Shown here one piece after another: positions 28,123-39,700 of a stretch of DNA of 64,000 nt. Below the pieces are notes generated by a model, which did not search any database, was not told the DNA's origin, and saw only the letters and a list, made by a program, of their open reading frames with translations. This DNA comes from Candidatus Bathyarchaeia archaeon. GTDB lineage: Archaea; Thermoproteota; Bathyarchaeia; Bathyarchaeales; Bathycorpusculaceae. The DNA lies in contig JBEKKX010000022.1 of the NCBI GenBank assembly GCA_050010515.1, forward strand, positions 1 to 64,000, read 5' to 3'. The stretch's first letter is position 1; the number at the start of each line of letters is the position of its first letter. The position numbers were made by a program, and so were the translations under genes.

Positions 28123-28203
28123 TAGCTAATAGAATTATTAGTTAATGCCTAGTTATGCCAAAGCTTATAGGTAGCTTACCGAATAGCCAAGAATAGAAGA
28201 AAA

Positions 28204-29577
28204 TTGTTAAAGCAAAAGAGAAAAGTTTTTCGCGTCTCAATTATCTTAGGTTTACTTAGTGCCGCGCTGCTTTTGCTTGTGGCAAGCAGTTTCTTTGTTT
28301 CTTCTGCAGCCGCATCCACTCAAATTGAAGCATCTGGAAACGGAAACGTGATCATAGCAAATTTTAACGTTCCTGTAGATCCTGGCTCATCTGCTTTCAT
28401 GTCCCGCGTCGTCTCCACTGCGCAAAACCAAAAAGCAGCCGCCATAGTTATCGAGATGAATACTCCTGGCGGAACCCTCAGCGACATGCTCTCTATCATA
28501 TCCTCCATCACGGCGGCGAATCTAACAGGCATTCCAACATACACTTTTATCGTGCCCAATGGCTTGGGCGCTTCCGCTGGCAGCTACATAGCCATGGCAA
28601 CAAACAGTATTCTCATGGCGCCAGGTTCAGAAATTGGTCCAAGCACACCCATCGTAGTCGGCGGCACCGCGCTGGAGCAAAACCATACTGAAGATGCAAT
28701 GATTGAAACAATGCAGGCCCTTGCAGTGAGTTGGGGGCGCAACACCACCGCGGCTTTCAACATGGTTTATGCTGATCAAGCATTTACAGCCAATGAGGCA
28801 GTAGCTTTTCATGTTGCGGATGGCATAGCAAACTCGTTATCCGACGCGCTTAACCAGTGGGGCTTGTCTGGAAACCATCAGGTGGTCCTAAGTGAAGACC
28901 TCTACGAGCAAATACTTAGCGCCTTGAGCAATTCTACTCTGGATGGCATTCTCTTCCTCGTCGGAGTCGTCGCAGTTGTTCTGGATGTTTTCCACCCAAC
29001 CATCTTGCTGACCATTTTAGGTGTTATTGCTATTGTCGCGGGCTTAGTGGGCGCGGAGATAATTGGTGCTTCGCTACTCGGTATCGTAATACTGGTGGTG
29101 GCTGCTGGGCTGATTGTTGCGGAGTTGAAGCTGGGACACGGGTTCGCGCTTATGGCAGGAGTAATCCTCGGCGCCTTCGGCATCTATTATCTCTCGTTAG
29201 GGTTGCAGTATTCGCCTTCGCCGATAACGGGGCTGGTGGAAATTGAGCTTAGCTTGCTTGTAGTATTTGGAGTAATCATTGGCTTGTACATCAGGTGGGT
29301 GATTGGGCCAATCAGGCGGCGCTCCAAACTCACGGGTGCAGAAGCCATGATAGGCAAAATAGGAGTGGCTATTACTGACCTTAAACCTAAAGGAGACGTA
29401 AGAGTAGCTGGGGAAAACTGGCGCGCTGAATCCTTATCTGGAGATATCGAGAAAGGCGAGCAAGTCAACGTTAAAGCTTTGAAAGGCTTGGTTGTCATGG
29501 TTGAAAAAGTTCAAGAACAAAAAGTACAAGCAACAAACGATTCATCAACTCAAACTGACGCTAATAAAACCAAATAG
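28204..29577 (+). CDS. nfeD: NfeD family membrane-bound protease
   Basis: NTPGG, ASAG, MAPGS.IG, TM block, C-terminal OB-like G.V.V.GE.W.A. Confidence 0.88.
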   Translation: MLKQKRKVFRVSIILGLLSAALLLLVASSFFVSSAAASTQIEASGNGNVIIANFNVPVDPGSSAFMSRVVSTAQNQKAAAIVIEMNTPGGTLSDMLSIISSITAANLTGIPTYTFIVPNGLGASAGSYIAMATNSILMAPGSEIGPSTPIVVGGTALEQNHTEDAMIETMQALAVSWGRNTTAAFNMVYADQAFTANEAVAFHVADGIANSLSDALNQWGLSGNHQVVLSEDLYEQILSALSNSTLDGILFLVGVVAVVLDVFHPTILLTILGVIAIVAGLVGAEIIGASLLGIVILVVAAGLIVAELKLGHGFALMAGVILGAFGIYYLSLGLQYSPSPITGLVEIELSLLVVFGVIIGLYIRWVIGPIRRRSKLTGAEAMIGKIGVAITDLKPKGDVRVAGENWRAESLSGDIEKGEQVNVKALKGLVVMVEKVQEQKVQATNDSSTQTDANKTK

Positions 29578-29756
29578 CAAGTGTGCGATTAAAAAGCGAT
29601 TTACAAAACTAACGAGGAATACTTGATTGATGTAGCTTTGAAAAAAGGCTAATTGGGCTCACAGTTTTTGTAGGTTGTTCTTAAGCGTTTTCTGAGAAAG
29701 TTTATATGTAACTTTTTGATTACATGTAATCAAAATTATACATTGGGCTGAAAACA

Positions 29757-30935
29757 ATGAAAAACACTGTCGAAACACTAAACATAGAAAAAACAAACGA
29801 TTCTAACTTCAATTTTAACAAAATCGTCACAGACGCACTTGGCGTCTTTTTCAAAGACGCATTAAGAGTCGCGTTCACCAACCCTGCCCAGGCAATTTTC
29901 TTTGCACGGACCCTAAGATGGCAAAGAAAGGCCGCACAAATAAGAGCCAACTGGTCAAAACAGGGTTTACAGGTTCCCCCCGTCCTAATTTTCAGCGTGA
30001 CAAGCGCTTGCAACCTTCACTGCGAGGGATGTTATAATCAGTATTTACGTGGCAACCGTCACGGTGAAATCAGTGACGAAAGGCTGAAGAAAGCCTTTGC
30101 AGAAGCAAAGGAACTTGGAATCTCTTTTGTCGTACTGGCAGGAGGTGAACCGTTGATGCGACCGGATGTGCTTGATATTCCGAAGGATTATCCTGAAATT
30201 ATGTTTCTCATGTTTACGAATGGATTATTGGTCAACGACAAAGTTCTCGAGCAAATTACAAAAGAAAGAAACACGGTTCCTCTGATTAGTCTTGAAGGGT
30301 ACGAAGCTAACACCGACGCTCGCCGCGGCACCGGAGTATACGATGCCCTTCTCAAAACTGTTGGCAAACTGAAGGAAAAAAAAGTATTTTGGGGCACTTC
30401 CTTGACCATGACTAGAACCAATTTCGACGAAGTTACAGATGAGGAATTTGTAAGAAAACTCGTGGAAGCAGGCTGCAAACTCTTCATGCTAGTTGAATAC
30501 ACGCCGGTCAGAGAAGGAACAGAAGATTGGGTGCTCACCGAAGAACAAAAATCCAAAGTCGTACCCGTAAGAAACAGTTTGCGTGCCAAGTTCCCGGCTT
30601 TATTTATTGCTCTTCCATGGGACGAAGACGAAATAGGTGGGTGCCTCTCAGCAGGAAGAGGATTCATTCACATCAGCGCTGAAGGCGCGGTGGAGCCATG
30701 CCCCTTTATCCCATATTCAGACGTGAACCTAAACGATGTTACGCTCAAAGAAGCCTTACAATCAAAACTGTTGAGAACTATCAGAGAAAACCATGACTCG
30801 CTCCAAGAAACTCGCGGTTGCGCCCTCTGGGAGAAGAGAAACTGGGTCAAATCCATCGCCAACCCAAGCGACCCATCGCTTACCCGATTTGCCAGTAACA
30901 CAACGTCCGAATGCCCCAGGGTAGAAAAGCCTTAG
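29757..30935 (+). CDS. radical SAM/SPASM-type protein
   Basis: CNLHCEGC, GGEP, GCLSAGR..HI..G.VEPCPF. Confidence 0.9.
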   Translation: MKNTVETLNIEKTNDSNFNFNKIVTDALGVFFKDALRVAFTNPAQAIFFARTLRWQRKAAQIRANWSKQGLQVPPVLIFSVTSACNLHCEGCYNQYLRGNRHGEISDERLKKAFAEAKELGISFVVLAGGEPLMRPDVLDIPKDYPEIMFLMFTNGLLVNDKVLEQITKERNTVPLISLEGYEANTDARRGTGVYDALLKTVGKLKEKKVFWGTSLTMTRTNFDEVTDEEFVRKLVEAGCKLFMLVEYTPVREGTEDWVLTEEQKSKVVPVRNSLRAKFPALFIALPWDEDEIGGCLSAGRGFIHISAEGAVEPCPFIPYSDVNLNDVTLKEALQSKLLRTIRENHDSLQETRGCALWEKRNWVKSIANPSDPSLTRFASNTTSECPRVEKP

Positions 30936-30952
30936 GCAAGAGAGATGAAACA

Positions 30953-31165
30953 ATGCAGGTAACAGCATTAACCATAGTCTTTGCTGGAGTGATTATTATC
31001 TTGAGTATAGCTGCAATTAAGACAGCAATTCCCGACTCGCAGGCAAGTAAATTAAATCTAGTAGGATACAGAACTTGCTGTCCTTTCGCCCCGATAAGCA
31101 CTGCAATCGGCGTTGCCTTGGTTATCACCTTATTCCTCGTAGCAAGGCGAATGGCTGTGATGTGA
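30953..31165 (+). CDS. small two-TM protein with NLVGYRTCCPFAP loop
   Basis: Directly downstream of the radical SAM gene; related to 62189-62410. Confidence 0.65.
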   Translation: MQVTALTIVFAGVIIILSIAAIKTAIPDSQASKLNLVGYRTCCPFAPISTAIGVALVITLFLVARRMAVM

Positions 31166-31220
31166 TGAGAATGAAAGCAGGCTATTCAGTTCATAAAATA
31201 GGAGTTGACGAAAAAGCTTC

Positions 31221-31523
31221 ATGACTGAACTTAATGATCTCGCGAAAACTTTGGATGCGTTAGGTCATCCGCTACGTTTAAAGATCGTAGCATTACTTGC
31301 AGGGGGAGAGATGTACTTGAACGAAATAGCCAACGAACTCTGCGTCAATAGGGCACTGGCAAAAGTTCACCTAAAGAAACTCGAAAGAGCAGGAATAGTG
31401 AAAAGCCGAATAGAATTAGCCCCAGGAGAGGCTAAAGCACTTCGCTACTATAAGCTTCAACAGTTTGAAATTCACGTCTCTCCACAAATCCTAAGAAAGG
31501 AGGTGGAAAACAGTGGATGTTAG
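31221..31523 (+). CDS. ArsR-family regulator
   Basis: ALGHPLRLKI, HLKKLERAGIV. Confidence 0.88.
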   Translation: MTELNDLAKTLDALGHPLRLKIVALLAGGEMYLNEIANELCVNRALAKVHLKKLERAGIVKSRIELAPGEAKALRYYKLQQFEIHVSPQILRKEVENSGC

Positions 31524-31818
31524 AGCATGGATAATCGGGTTTACATGGTTTGCCGTCATGGTAATAGCCTCCACGTACCTCTCAATCGGAAAAATAAGCT
31601 GGGCCACAACCGTAGCTGTTGGACTACTCGTTACAGTCGGCTTCATAGTGACATTTGCAGTCGCTTTCGGACTTGAATATTACCAAACACAAATGGACAA
31701 AGAAAAACCCTCAACCAAAACATTAGCACAAATGTTAACGGAGCTAACAGAGATAAAGTCGATGGTCAACGAGCTTGCGAAGAAGGTTGACGCGATACAG
31801 AAAGACTTGCAAGAATAA
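31513..31818 (+). CDS. small membrane protein with coiled-coil tail
   Basis: 2 TM segments; overlaps the ArsR stop. Confidence 0.7.
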   Translation: MDVRAWIIGFTWFAVMVIASTYLSIGKISWATTVAVGLLVTVGFIVTFAVAFGLEYYQTQMDKEKPSTKTLAQMLTELTEIKSMVNELAKKVDAIQKDLQE

Positions 31819-31994
31819 GCTAACGCGCTAAGTGAAGTCTCTTATTTGGTCTTTCCTTTTTCATTTTTTTCCTCTGATTCTCATTCATTCTTTTCCTCGC
31901 TATTATGCCTGCAATTTTGGAGACTATCGCAATGCTTTGGATTTAAGGACTTATTTACCCGCAGAGTTAATAACGAAAGAAAAGCATATTTAAG

Positions 31995-33482
31995 TTGAAG
32001 CACTTTAGGTTTTGGAGAGTAATAGTTACATTGCCTGTTTTTTATAAGATTGACACCGAAGTTCCTCCCAGCTACTACGAAAAACTATTCGACTTCATAT
32101 ACACGCAATATTTGACTCCGCAGAAGCAGCGTTTCTCCAATCTCTCCAAAGAGACAACCCCAAACAGTAACCGCATCTCCTACGTTGTCCTCAACGCGCA
32201 GGGAAAGCAAATCCTGCAAGTGGAGGTTGTGGGCACTGACTCTGTAAACGTGACCATAACGCCTCTGGACACGCAGGTACCCGAAGAAGCAATAGCAGAA
32301 GCCCGACAAGACGTGGTTATTGCTACGCAGATGTTCGAGGAAAAAGCCCGCAAAGCCACATGGTACTTCGCGTGGCAGGAAGGCGAAAAAATCGTTCCCG
32401 AAAAAGTTAAGCTTCACGAAAAAAGCTTCCAACGCATCTTTTTGGAAACCCAAGTTCTCCTCTCCTTTGTATTCATAGTTTTAGGTATGGGATTATTCAT
32501 TGTGGTTTACGTGTATTATCACCAGTATTTCTGGATCGCCCCGATAATCCTAATTGCGTCACAATCCGTGTTTATTTTCTACTCTGCCAAAATTATTGCC
32601 AGATCAGGCGACTGGACCATCACCAAAGACAACCCCACTATACACTTCTTGGAATATCAGCCGCCAATCGGCTCACTCGGCACGCTTGACGACTACAAAC
32701 AAATCTCGCCCGAGCAACTGGTAGCCCTCAAAAAGGAAGTCTACGAAGAAATCATAGCTAAACACGGCGAAATCGACTGCAACGAAGCAGAAAGCGTCTT
32801 CTCCAAATACAATGTATCCTGCAGGCAGGGCAGCTTGTCAGCCAAAAAAATCAACGTCTACGAGCTAGTGAAGAATGTGGCTGACCGCTTTGGCTTCAAA
32901 GTGCCTAAAATCGTTATTTCAAATACCATGGTTCCCAACGCCGCTGCTTCCGGGCCCAGCCCCAGCCGAGGCATAGTCCTCATAACCACTGGCCTGCTTG
33001 TACAGCTTGATGAACCTGAAGTAGTAAGCGTCTTAGGGCACGAGTTCGGCCACCTCAAGGGCAGAGACCCACTCATCCTTTTCGGATTATTAAGCGCCGA
33101 GTTCATATTTCGATTCTACGTTCTACTCGCACTGTTCCCAGAAATATTTTTGTCTTTACTGTTCTTCGTCTACTTCTTCGCAGTCATGACGCTCATATTC
33201 TTCATAGCCAAATTCTTCGAAGCCCGCGCTGACCTAACATCCGCCATAATGATGGGGCAACCCAAAATCTTAGCGAACTCATTAGAAAAAATCGGTTTCC
33301 GACGCCTCTTATTCGAACGCACGCCCAGTTTCCGCCTCCAAGAATGGGTCGGATTAGACAGCCACCCTCCCATATACTGGCGAGTGAACCGCCTAAAGAA
33401 ACTATCTGAACCGGTACAGGTCAAGCATCCCCTTGTGCAATCCATCAAAGAAGTGCTCAGTGGATTCCGCGCAACCCTATAA
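31995..33482 (+). CDS. M48/HtpX-family Zn metalloprotease
   Basis: PNAAA, HEFGH, EARAD, SHPP. Confidence 0.88.
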   Translation: MKHFRFWRVIVTLPVFYKIDTEVPPSYYEKLFDFIYTQYLTPQKQRFSNLSKETTPNSNRISYVVLNAQGKQILQVEVVGTDSVNVTITPLDTQVPEEAIAEARQDVVIATQMFEEKARKATWYFAWQEGEKIVPEKVKLHEKSFQRIFLETQVLLSFVFIVLGMGLFIVVYVYYHQYFWIAPIILIASQSVFIFYSAKIIARSGDWTITKDNPTIHFLEYQPPIGSLGTLDDYKQISPEQLVALKKEVYEEIIAKHGEIDCNEAESVFSKYNVSCRQGSLSAKKINVYELVKNVADRFGFKVPKIVISNTMVPNAAASGPSPSRGIVLITTGLLVQLDEPEVVSVLGHEFGHLKGRDPLILFGLLSAEFIFRFYVLLALFPEIFLSLLFFVYFFAVMTLIFFIAKFFEARADLTSAIMMGQPKILANSLEKIGFRRLLFERTPSFRLQEWVGLDSHPPIYWRVNRLKKLSEPVQVKHPLVQSIKEVLSGFRATL

Positions 33483-33585
33483 GCCAACAACATACAACTT
33501 CATTTACCACAATAAAGCCTGTTCTAAGCCCTTGACTCTCAAGGGTTAACCTGATTCGCAGTCATATTTGGTTCGTTGGTGCACA

Positions 33586-35487
33586 TTATTCCGGTTTTTT
33601 TGGTCTCATTTGTCTTTTTTTCTTGACGTAGACCACTGCTACTGAAAAGGTTGCAACTAAGAGAATTGACAAGCTAACATATGGAAATAACGATCCGCTT
33701 TCATTAGTTGTCTTTTCATTGCTCTTGGGTGGTTGAGTCGTGGTATTGAGAGATTGAACTGTCAAGTCTTTGAAAATTACGGCGCTATCTACGTTATTTG
33801 TTATTAACATTATCATTTCATTGCTGTTCGTTGCATTATATGGAGTTACCATACTGTCTATGAGAGTGCCGTTTGTGTTGTATAAATCAGCAGTTATTCC
33901 GTTGTCAGATATACTTTCTTTGACATTGTACCATGCATTTTCTTTTATGTTCTCAGAAGCGTTCATGAAAACTGTGTTGCTTCCATTACCTTGTATTGCG
34001 CTAGACATTTCATAGGCGTTCAGTGCACTAACGTTTAAGCTGTAATTTCCGCTGCTATTTTGAAGGATAAAACAAAACTGATTGTTTATTGTTTGATTAA
34101 AATCGTTTGGCAACATTAGAGGCGCCAAGTCTGGTGGCACATTTACTGGTATTGTCATTGTTTCCTCAGGTACCTGTATTGTTCTTATTTGGTTGTTTCT
34201 TCCCATTCTTATTGTTTGTTCGCTTGCTGGTATTGTTATTGTTTCTGTTTGAACGTTCGATCCCGTTTGCCCAGCTTGCAGTACAGTGAAATCGTAGCTG
34301 AACGAAACAGCTGTCCCTAATGGGATGCTAAGAAAATCGTCAACACCTTGCAGTGGTTGAACTACGTAAGCTGCAAAGGATGGTTGCCCATATATGTAGT
34401 TATAGTCGGGGGTCTCAAACTGAACAAATGATTCAGGTCCGGCAAAAACTGTAAGTGTTTCGCTGTCGGCACCGGCATAATTTGAAGCACCACTCCAACT
34501 TGTTCTAATGTAGTATGTGCCTGCTGAGGTGAAGTTCCAAGTCAACATGTACCCGCCACTATCATTTGTAACTGTTGTGAAATAATCATAGGAAGATCCG
34601 CTACTAACGTATATAGAGACGTTTTCCCCCGAGTACGTTGGTGAAATTGAACCTGAAATCGTAAGAGCACGCGGATTTTCTCCGATACTTGATTGTTCTT
34701 GAGACATATTAGCACTTGATTGTTCTTGAGACAGACTAATAGTTATAGACGAAGGAAGTAAAGGCGTGTTCAAACTTGATGAAACCTGTCCTGGTGATGA
34801 TTGCTCAGTGCTATTAAGGGGAATAATCACAGGTTCTGCGTTAGCTAGGGATGCAGATTGGTCTCCAACTTTCCAGTCTTCGGCAGGGGTGGTCTCAGCT
34901 GTCCAGTAAGTTTTATTGCTGTAAACGAAATCGGTGGGTGCCATCCCAGCGGTATGATAGACCGGCGTGTAGGGTAGGTAAACTCCAACATTCATGTGAC
35001 CGGGGTTTATTCCTATATAGTGAATCAAAACAACATTTAAGCCTCCAGCCTGCATGATGGAAGCCGCCAGGAGTGACAATGCAACGCAATCTCCAGAATT
35101 GTTTACAAGAGTTTCAACAGGATATTCCACACCATTAATAGCATATGGGATTTGGTGAACCAGCGTTAACACGGCATCAGCAAACTGTTCGTTGCTGTAG
35201 GGCAGATTGCGAGTAATATTTTGAATGCTCTCCGCGATGGGTTCGACAGCTTGAGGCGTAACAAAATTTGCGTAGTCACTGTCGCTATTTACTGTATGGC
35301 TAATGTTACTATAATAGTCGTAGAGTGAAGGCTGTACTGAAACATACAACTTTTGGTTGAGGAGCCTATATTGAGCTTGAAAAGTAGAGGTCTTTTCGCA
35401 GTTGGCTACTATAGAGGTAGGCGTTATGAGAACTAGTAACAAAATGCCAATTAGTAGAATGATGGCTTTCTGGTACTTAAAATGCAT
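33586..35487 (-). CDS. exported transglutaminase-like/Ig-like surface protein
   Basis: YPVETL..GDC..SLL, HM.VGV, Ig-like segment, C-terminal TM. Confidence 0.75.
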   Translation of the reverse strand: MHFKYQKAIILLIGILLLVLITPTSIVANCEKTSTFQAQYRLLNQKLYVSVQPSLYDYYSNISHTVNSDSDYANFVTPQAVEPIAESIQNITRNLPYSNEQFADAVLTLVHQIPYAINGVEYPVETLVNNSGDCVALSLLAASIMQAGGLNVVLIHYIGINPGHMNVGVYLPYTPVYHTAGMAPTDFVYSNKTYWTAETTPAEDWKVGDQSASLANAEPVIIPLNSTEQSSPGQVSSSLNTPLLPSSITISLSQEQSSANMSQEQSSIGENPRALTISGSISPTYSGENVSIYVSSGSSYDYFTTVTNDSGGYMLTWNFTSAGTYYIRTSWSGASNYAGADSETLTVFAGPESFVQFETPDYNYIYGQPSFAAYVVQPLQGVDDFLSIPLGTAVSFSYDFTVLQAGQTGSNVQTETITIPASEQTIRMGRNNQIRTIQVPEETMTIPVNVPPDLAPLMLPNDFNQTINNQFCFILQNSSGNYSLNVSALNAYEMSSAIQGNGSNTVFMNASENIKENAWYNVKESISDNGITADLYNTNGTLIDSMVTPYNATNSNEMIMLITNNVDSAVIFKDLTVQSLNTTTQPPKSNEKTTNESGSLFPYVSLSILLVATFSVAVVYVKKKRQMRPKKPE

Positions 35488-36094
35488 ATAACCCCAGCAA
35501 GTACTTTTTCTATGCCATTCGCGCTTTGAATAAAACGCGTTATAAAAACGTGGCGCTATTTATATTTTTTGCGTTTCGGGCTTTGGGACAATAGTCAGTT
35601 GGGCTTTGATCTTTTTCTAATGGCATATTTGTGGAAAAAAGCGTTTGAGAAGAAAGCTGCATCTTGATGATCCTCCTTATTCTGCCTTACAATTACTCCA
35701 AGCCTTCTATTATCCGAAGAAAAGCCACTTTCACACTATCACACACATTTCTCAGAAAATACTCCGAAAGAAAAGCATTTAGGGATATGTTCGAGGTCTC
35801 CGACTTGCCTTTTCAGGACAGAGCTGTTCATGTCAATCCTTAAATCTATTAGGGTTGCTGTCATCTTTATCCGTTTTTTCTGAAGCTAAATACTGGTGCG
35901 TCGCAAACGGGATTTAGGGACGCAGGCTGCGTGAAAACTTGAATTTAGATTTAGTTTTAGAAGCTGCTTATGTTTAAAAACGCCTTTTGACACCCCACTG
36001 GATAGCTATAACTTAGCAATTTTCTGAAATTGAGAATAGTTTTCACACATTATCAACATGCATGCGTGCACACAAGCAAAAACAAAGCTTGTAG

Positions 36095-36487
36095 TCATTC
36101 GAATTTCTTGCCGCATTTTTTGCAGTATTGGGCATCAAAGTCTCGCTTTGCTCCACAATTGGGACAAACACCTATGTTTGCTATCGGTTGTTGTTTTTCC
36201 ACACCTTTTATTTTCTTTCTATCTTGTTGTTCCGTGATGTAGCCCGTAATTAGCAAGGCAATTCCAGCAATTAGTATAGGAAGGGCGTAATTTTGATAGG
36301 GATTAAATGCCAAACCAATCTGACCAATCCAGGTCGTTTTATAGTATATATATGTGTAAAGACCCAATAAAAGGAAAAGCCCGCCAAAAACGTAGCCAAA
36401 TGAACTAATCGTTCTCCAATCCAGATATCGCATGTGTCGTCTCTTGTCTTGATTTGCATTTAAGTTTTCATCCAATTCATCCACCAT
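36095..36487 (-). CDS. membrane protein with C-terminal Zn ribbon
   Basis: 2 TM segments plus CPNCG...CKKCG. Confidence 0.75.
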   Translation of the reverse strand: MVDELDENLNANQDKRRHMRYLDWRTISSFGYVFGGLFLLLGLYTYIYYKTTWIGQIGLAFNPYQNYALPILIAGIALLITGYITEQQDRKKIKGVEKQQPIANIGVCPNCGAKRDFDAQYCKKCGKKFE

Positions 36488-37114
36488 GTACCTATATGTG
36501 CTTTTACGTAGGCTGAAAGGAAAGTCGATTTATACGTGTTTTCCTTTTCGAGGGACAAAATGTAGTTTTCAGTTTAATGCAGGTTTTCCAAGTCTGTTTT
36601 TTTGTTTAAAAAATTTTATTTTCTCAGCATAACTTTTTTGGCTGATTGTTTAAGTTTCTTAGCTGCCATAATGCGTTAACGATTTTTTCATTAATTAGAC
36701 TACAGAGCTCTCAGTAGCCCAGGATAGGTTCAAACTCTCGTTCAAACATTTTTCAAGCACTACCAATTTGCGAGTGATTTCTCGTTTGAACGCGATTGAA
36801 ATGGCTACGTTTTACTCGCTTTTTGATAGTGTACCCGAGAGTTCGACTATTTTCAGCGGTCATGTTATATACATGTTATGGCGTTCCCGAAAATCAAAAG
36901 CCCACAGACATTAATTTCAGGAATGCTGCTTAATGTGACGTCTATTTAGGAAAATGGACTCTCGGCGGGTCCGGTGGGATGCGTTTAAAATATTAAGCAA
37001 ATCCTATCGCGAAGCACAAAGAGCCACGGTTAAGATATTAGTTGAATTAAATTTCATTCCCAAACCATAATTGATTTTTAGCCTATTTTACATGATTGCT
37101 GTTAGGAATTCTAA

Positions 37115-37669
37115 TCAAGAAAGATTCAATGGGTAAACAGATTGTGAAAAGCTTGTGGCGAGAGCGTTTGTATTTGATGTGCCGAGTAGCACGTATTCTC
37201 CGCTATTCAGCTGAATTATGAGGTCTGTTGAATTGTTGGAAACAACATAGGCTGTGTTTCCATTTCCAAGTGTAAATATGCCTACATTAAAATGGTCGTA
37301 ATTCGTTCCATGCTGTTTTGACAAGGTTAGATTCCCTGAACCTATCTGCCCAACGTAAGCAGAGGCTATTTTATTGGCGGTGATATTCAGGTTTCCAGCG
37401 CCACTAAAGCTGGGCGACTGTACACTCACGTATCCAGAGCCCACCGTTATTGTTGAGGGCGTGTTAGAGGCAAAAAACAGAAAAACTCCCAGTCCGATTA
37501 CCAGTATTCCGATAATCATCAACACAACAAAAGTGCGTCTAATTGTTTTTGCTCGTCTTCCAGTTGTAAAAGCTAACAGCAAAAGAACGGCACCAGTCAC
37601 GACTAAAACTACCAGCGCAATTGTTCCCAAACTTATGGACGGCTGTACTGTAAATTGCTCAACAGACAT
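37115..37669 (-). CDS. membrane protein
   Basis: 2 TM segments plus a beta-rich domain. Confidence 0.7.
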   Translation of the reverse strand: MSVEQFTVQPSISLGTIALVVLVVTGAVLLLLAFTTGRRAKTIRRTFVVLMIIGILVIGLGVFLFFASNTPSTITVGSGYVSVQSPSFSGAGNLNITANKIASAYVGQIGSGNLTLSKQHGTNYDHFNVGIFTLGNGNTAYVVSNNSTDLIIQLNSGEYVLLGTSNTNALATSFSQSVYPLNLS

Positions 37670-38137
37670 CTACTTCGCCTCATTTACTTTGCTATTTGTA
37701 TTGCGACTAACTTTCCAGAAAAGATACACAATATAGGACAATGTCCAGACTATTCCAAGCACCATTGGAATTATGAACGCGAGAATATATTGAAACCCAA
37801 CTATGAACAGCAGTAAATAGCCTATGAGGGTAAGTGTCAGCAGGGGACCGAGCAGCAACGCCCATATCCTGCCGCCGATTCCTGTTTCTGCGTTATCTCC
37901 ATGGGTCGGCAGCGATGAGTCTGTCCCGAAGCGGGTAACATTAAACTTATGAAGCTCCTTGCAATGTGGGCATTTGAATATCCTTTGGGTTCCCAAACGT
38001 ATTGAGTAGAATGACGCTGATGGAATGAACTCATAATTAAACCTATAATGACAATGCGGACACTCCACAATTGACGTAGTCAAATTATCTTGCCTCGCAC
38101 ATAGATGACGCTTAATGAATTTTCCTACAACAAACAT
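37670..38137 (-). CDS. Zn-finger membrane protein
   Basis: CPHC...CPHC plus 2 TM segments. Confidence 0.65.
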   Translation of the reverse strand: MFVVGKFIKRHLCARQDNLTTSIVECPHCHYRFNYEFIPSASFYSIRLGTQRIFKCPHCKELHKFNVTRFGTDSSLPTHGDNAETGIGGRIWALLLGPLLTLTLIGYLLLFIVGFQYILAFIIPMVLGIVWTLSYIVYLFWKVSRNTNSKVNEAK

Positions 38138-38254
38138 TTAAGAGTTTATATAGTGCACGATTAAAAAATGCTGCAAATGCGTGGGTTTTTACACACACTT
38201 AAATCGCCAGTATAAAACTATATTGCTAAAGCAACCATTTGTGGGTGAAGCGCA

Positions 38255-39253
38255 ATGATGGAACAGCGGGATTTCGAAAATGAAGAAGTCGAATGGAAGG
38301 TTAATGAAATCCCTGTGTACGGAACCCTTACACGTCCAAAAGGTGAAGATCCTCATTCCGCAGTTGTCTTTGTAGCGGGTAGCGGTCCAACCGACCGGGA
38401 CTGGTGCTCGCCGCTCCTACCCGGAAAAAACGGTAGCGGCAAGTTGCTGGCTGAAGCACTCGCAAGTCAAGGATTTCTAACCTTACGTTACGATAAACGC
38501 GCATCTGGACCGCATGTTCAAGAAAACATTCCTAAAATGATAGGCAAAATCAGCATGCAAAGCCACATAGACGAATTGTCAGGGGCAGTAGAAACCCTAA
38601 TTTCAGGAAAGTATACAGACCGGAACAATCTTTTTGTGCTTACCAGTAGTGAAGGAGCCATCCACGCCTTAAACTACCACTTGCAGGCAAGGGTCAAATT
38701 CAAAGGGATGGTGCTGACTGGTGCGCCAGGACGATCTATTGGTCAAGTAGCGCGCAGTCAAATCTACAACCAGATTAAGTTTCTGCCCAACAAGGAGACA
38801 ATTATGAAATACTACGACGACACCATCGCCACGTTTGTAATTGGTAAACCAGTAGTGCCGGATTCTTCTCTTCCCGAAGGCATCAAGCTACTGCTGCTTT
38901 CGTTAGCAAATCCAGCGAACTTGCCTTTTTCTCGAGAGTTGTGGACCTATAATCCCTCAGAATTTATCCCAAAAGTGAAAGAGCCAATACTGGTCATTAT
39001 CGGCAAGAAGGACATCCAAACCGATTGGCAAGCTGACGGAAAGGCACTAGAGACCGCAACTGCTAATAAAAATAATATGATTTTTTTCTATCCTGAAAAC
39101 GCTAATCATGTTTTGAAACATGAAACAAGACCATTTGAAAAACTCTCCGCCGCTGAGGCTGCAGTTTCCTATAACGCTGAAGACCGTGAACTTGACAAAG
39201 ATACGTTGAACACAATCCTGAGCTGGCTTATAAAACAAACACGAGTACCGTGA
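38255..39253 (+). CDS. alpha/beta hydrolase
   Basis: GSGPTDRD, RYDKR, SSEG nucleophile, G.KD.Q, NHVLK. Confidence 0.88.
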   Translation: MMEQRDFENEEVEWKVNEIPVYGTLTRPKGEDPHSAVVFVAGSGPTDRDWCSPLLPGKNGSGKLLAEALASQGFLTLRYDKRASGPHVQENIPKMIGKISMQSHIDELSGAVETLISGKYTDRNNLFVLTSSEGAIHALNYHLQARVKFKGMVLTGAPGRSIGQVARSQIYNQIKFLPNKETIMKYYDDTIATFVIGKPVVPDSSLPEGIKLLLLSLANPANLPFSRELWTYNPSEFIPKVKEPILVIIGKKDIQTDWQADGKALETATANKNNMIFFYPENANHVLKHETRPFEKLSAAEAAVSYNAEDRELDKDTLNTILSWLIKQTRVP

Positions 39254-39700
39254 AAGTCTAACCATCGCATTTTAACTCTTGCTTGAAACTCGACCCAAAA
39301 CAAGAATAACAAGAAAAGAGGACCCCTAAGGCTGCCGCGCTTGAACAATTTAGCCTGCTTTATTGCCCCATCCTTCCCAGTGCTTGACAGTAAATTGATG
39401 CTATAAAAGTTTGGTTAAGGAAGGCTGGTAGTTATGGTGGCGCTTGGAGTGAAACCAAAAAGAAATATAACCAATGATTAATCAGGCTAATTGAAGGCTG
39501 TAATAGAATAGCGCACATCGGAAATACTCCTCATAACAAACTTTATTTTTGAAAATGAGCTTCTGTTGGCGCGGCGCGCTAAATATGGGACAAATGAATG
39601 CTGTCTGAGATTCCAAAGTCGACAAAGACCCTTCTTATGGAGAAGCTGAAAATTTAAATATCGGTTACGTAAAATAGCGGGAGTTATGGTTTAATAGAGT

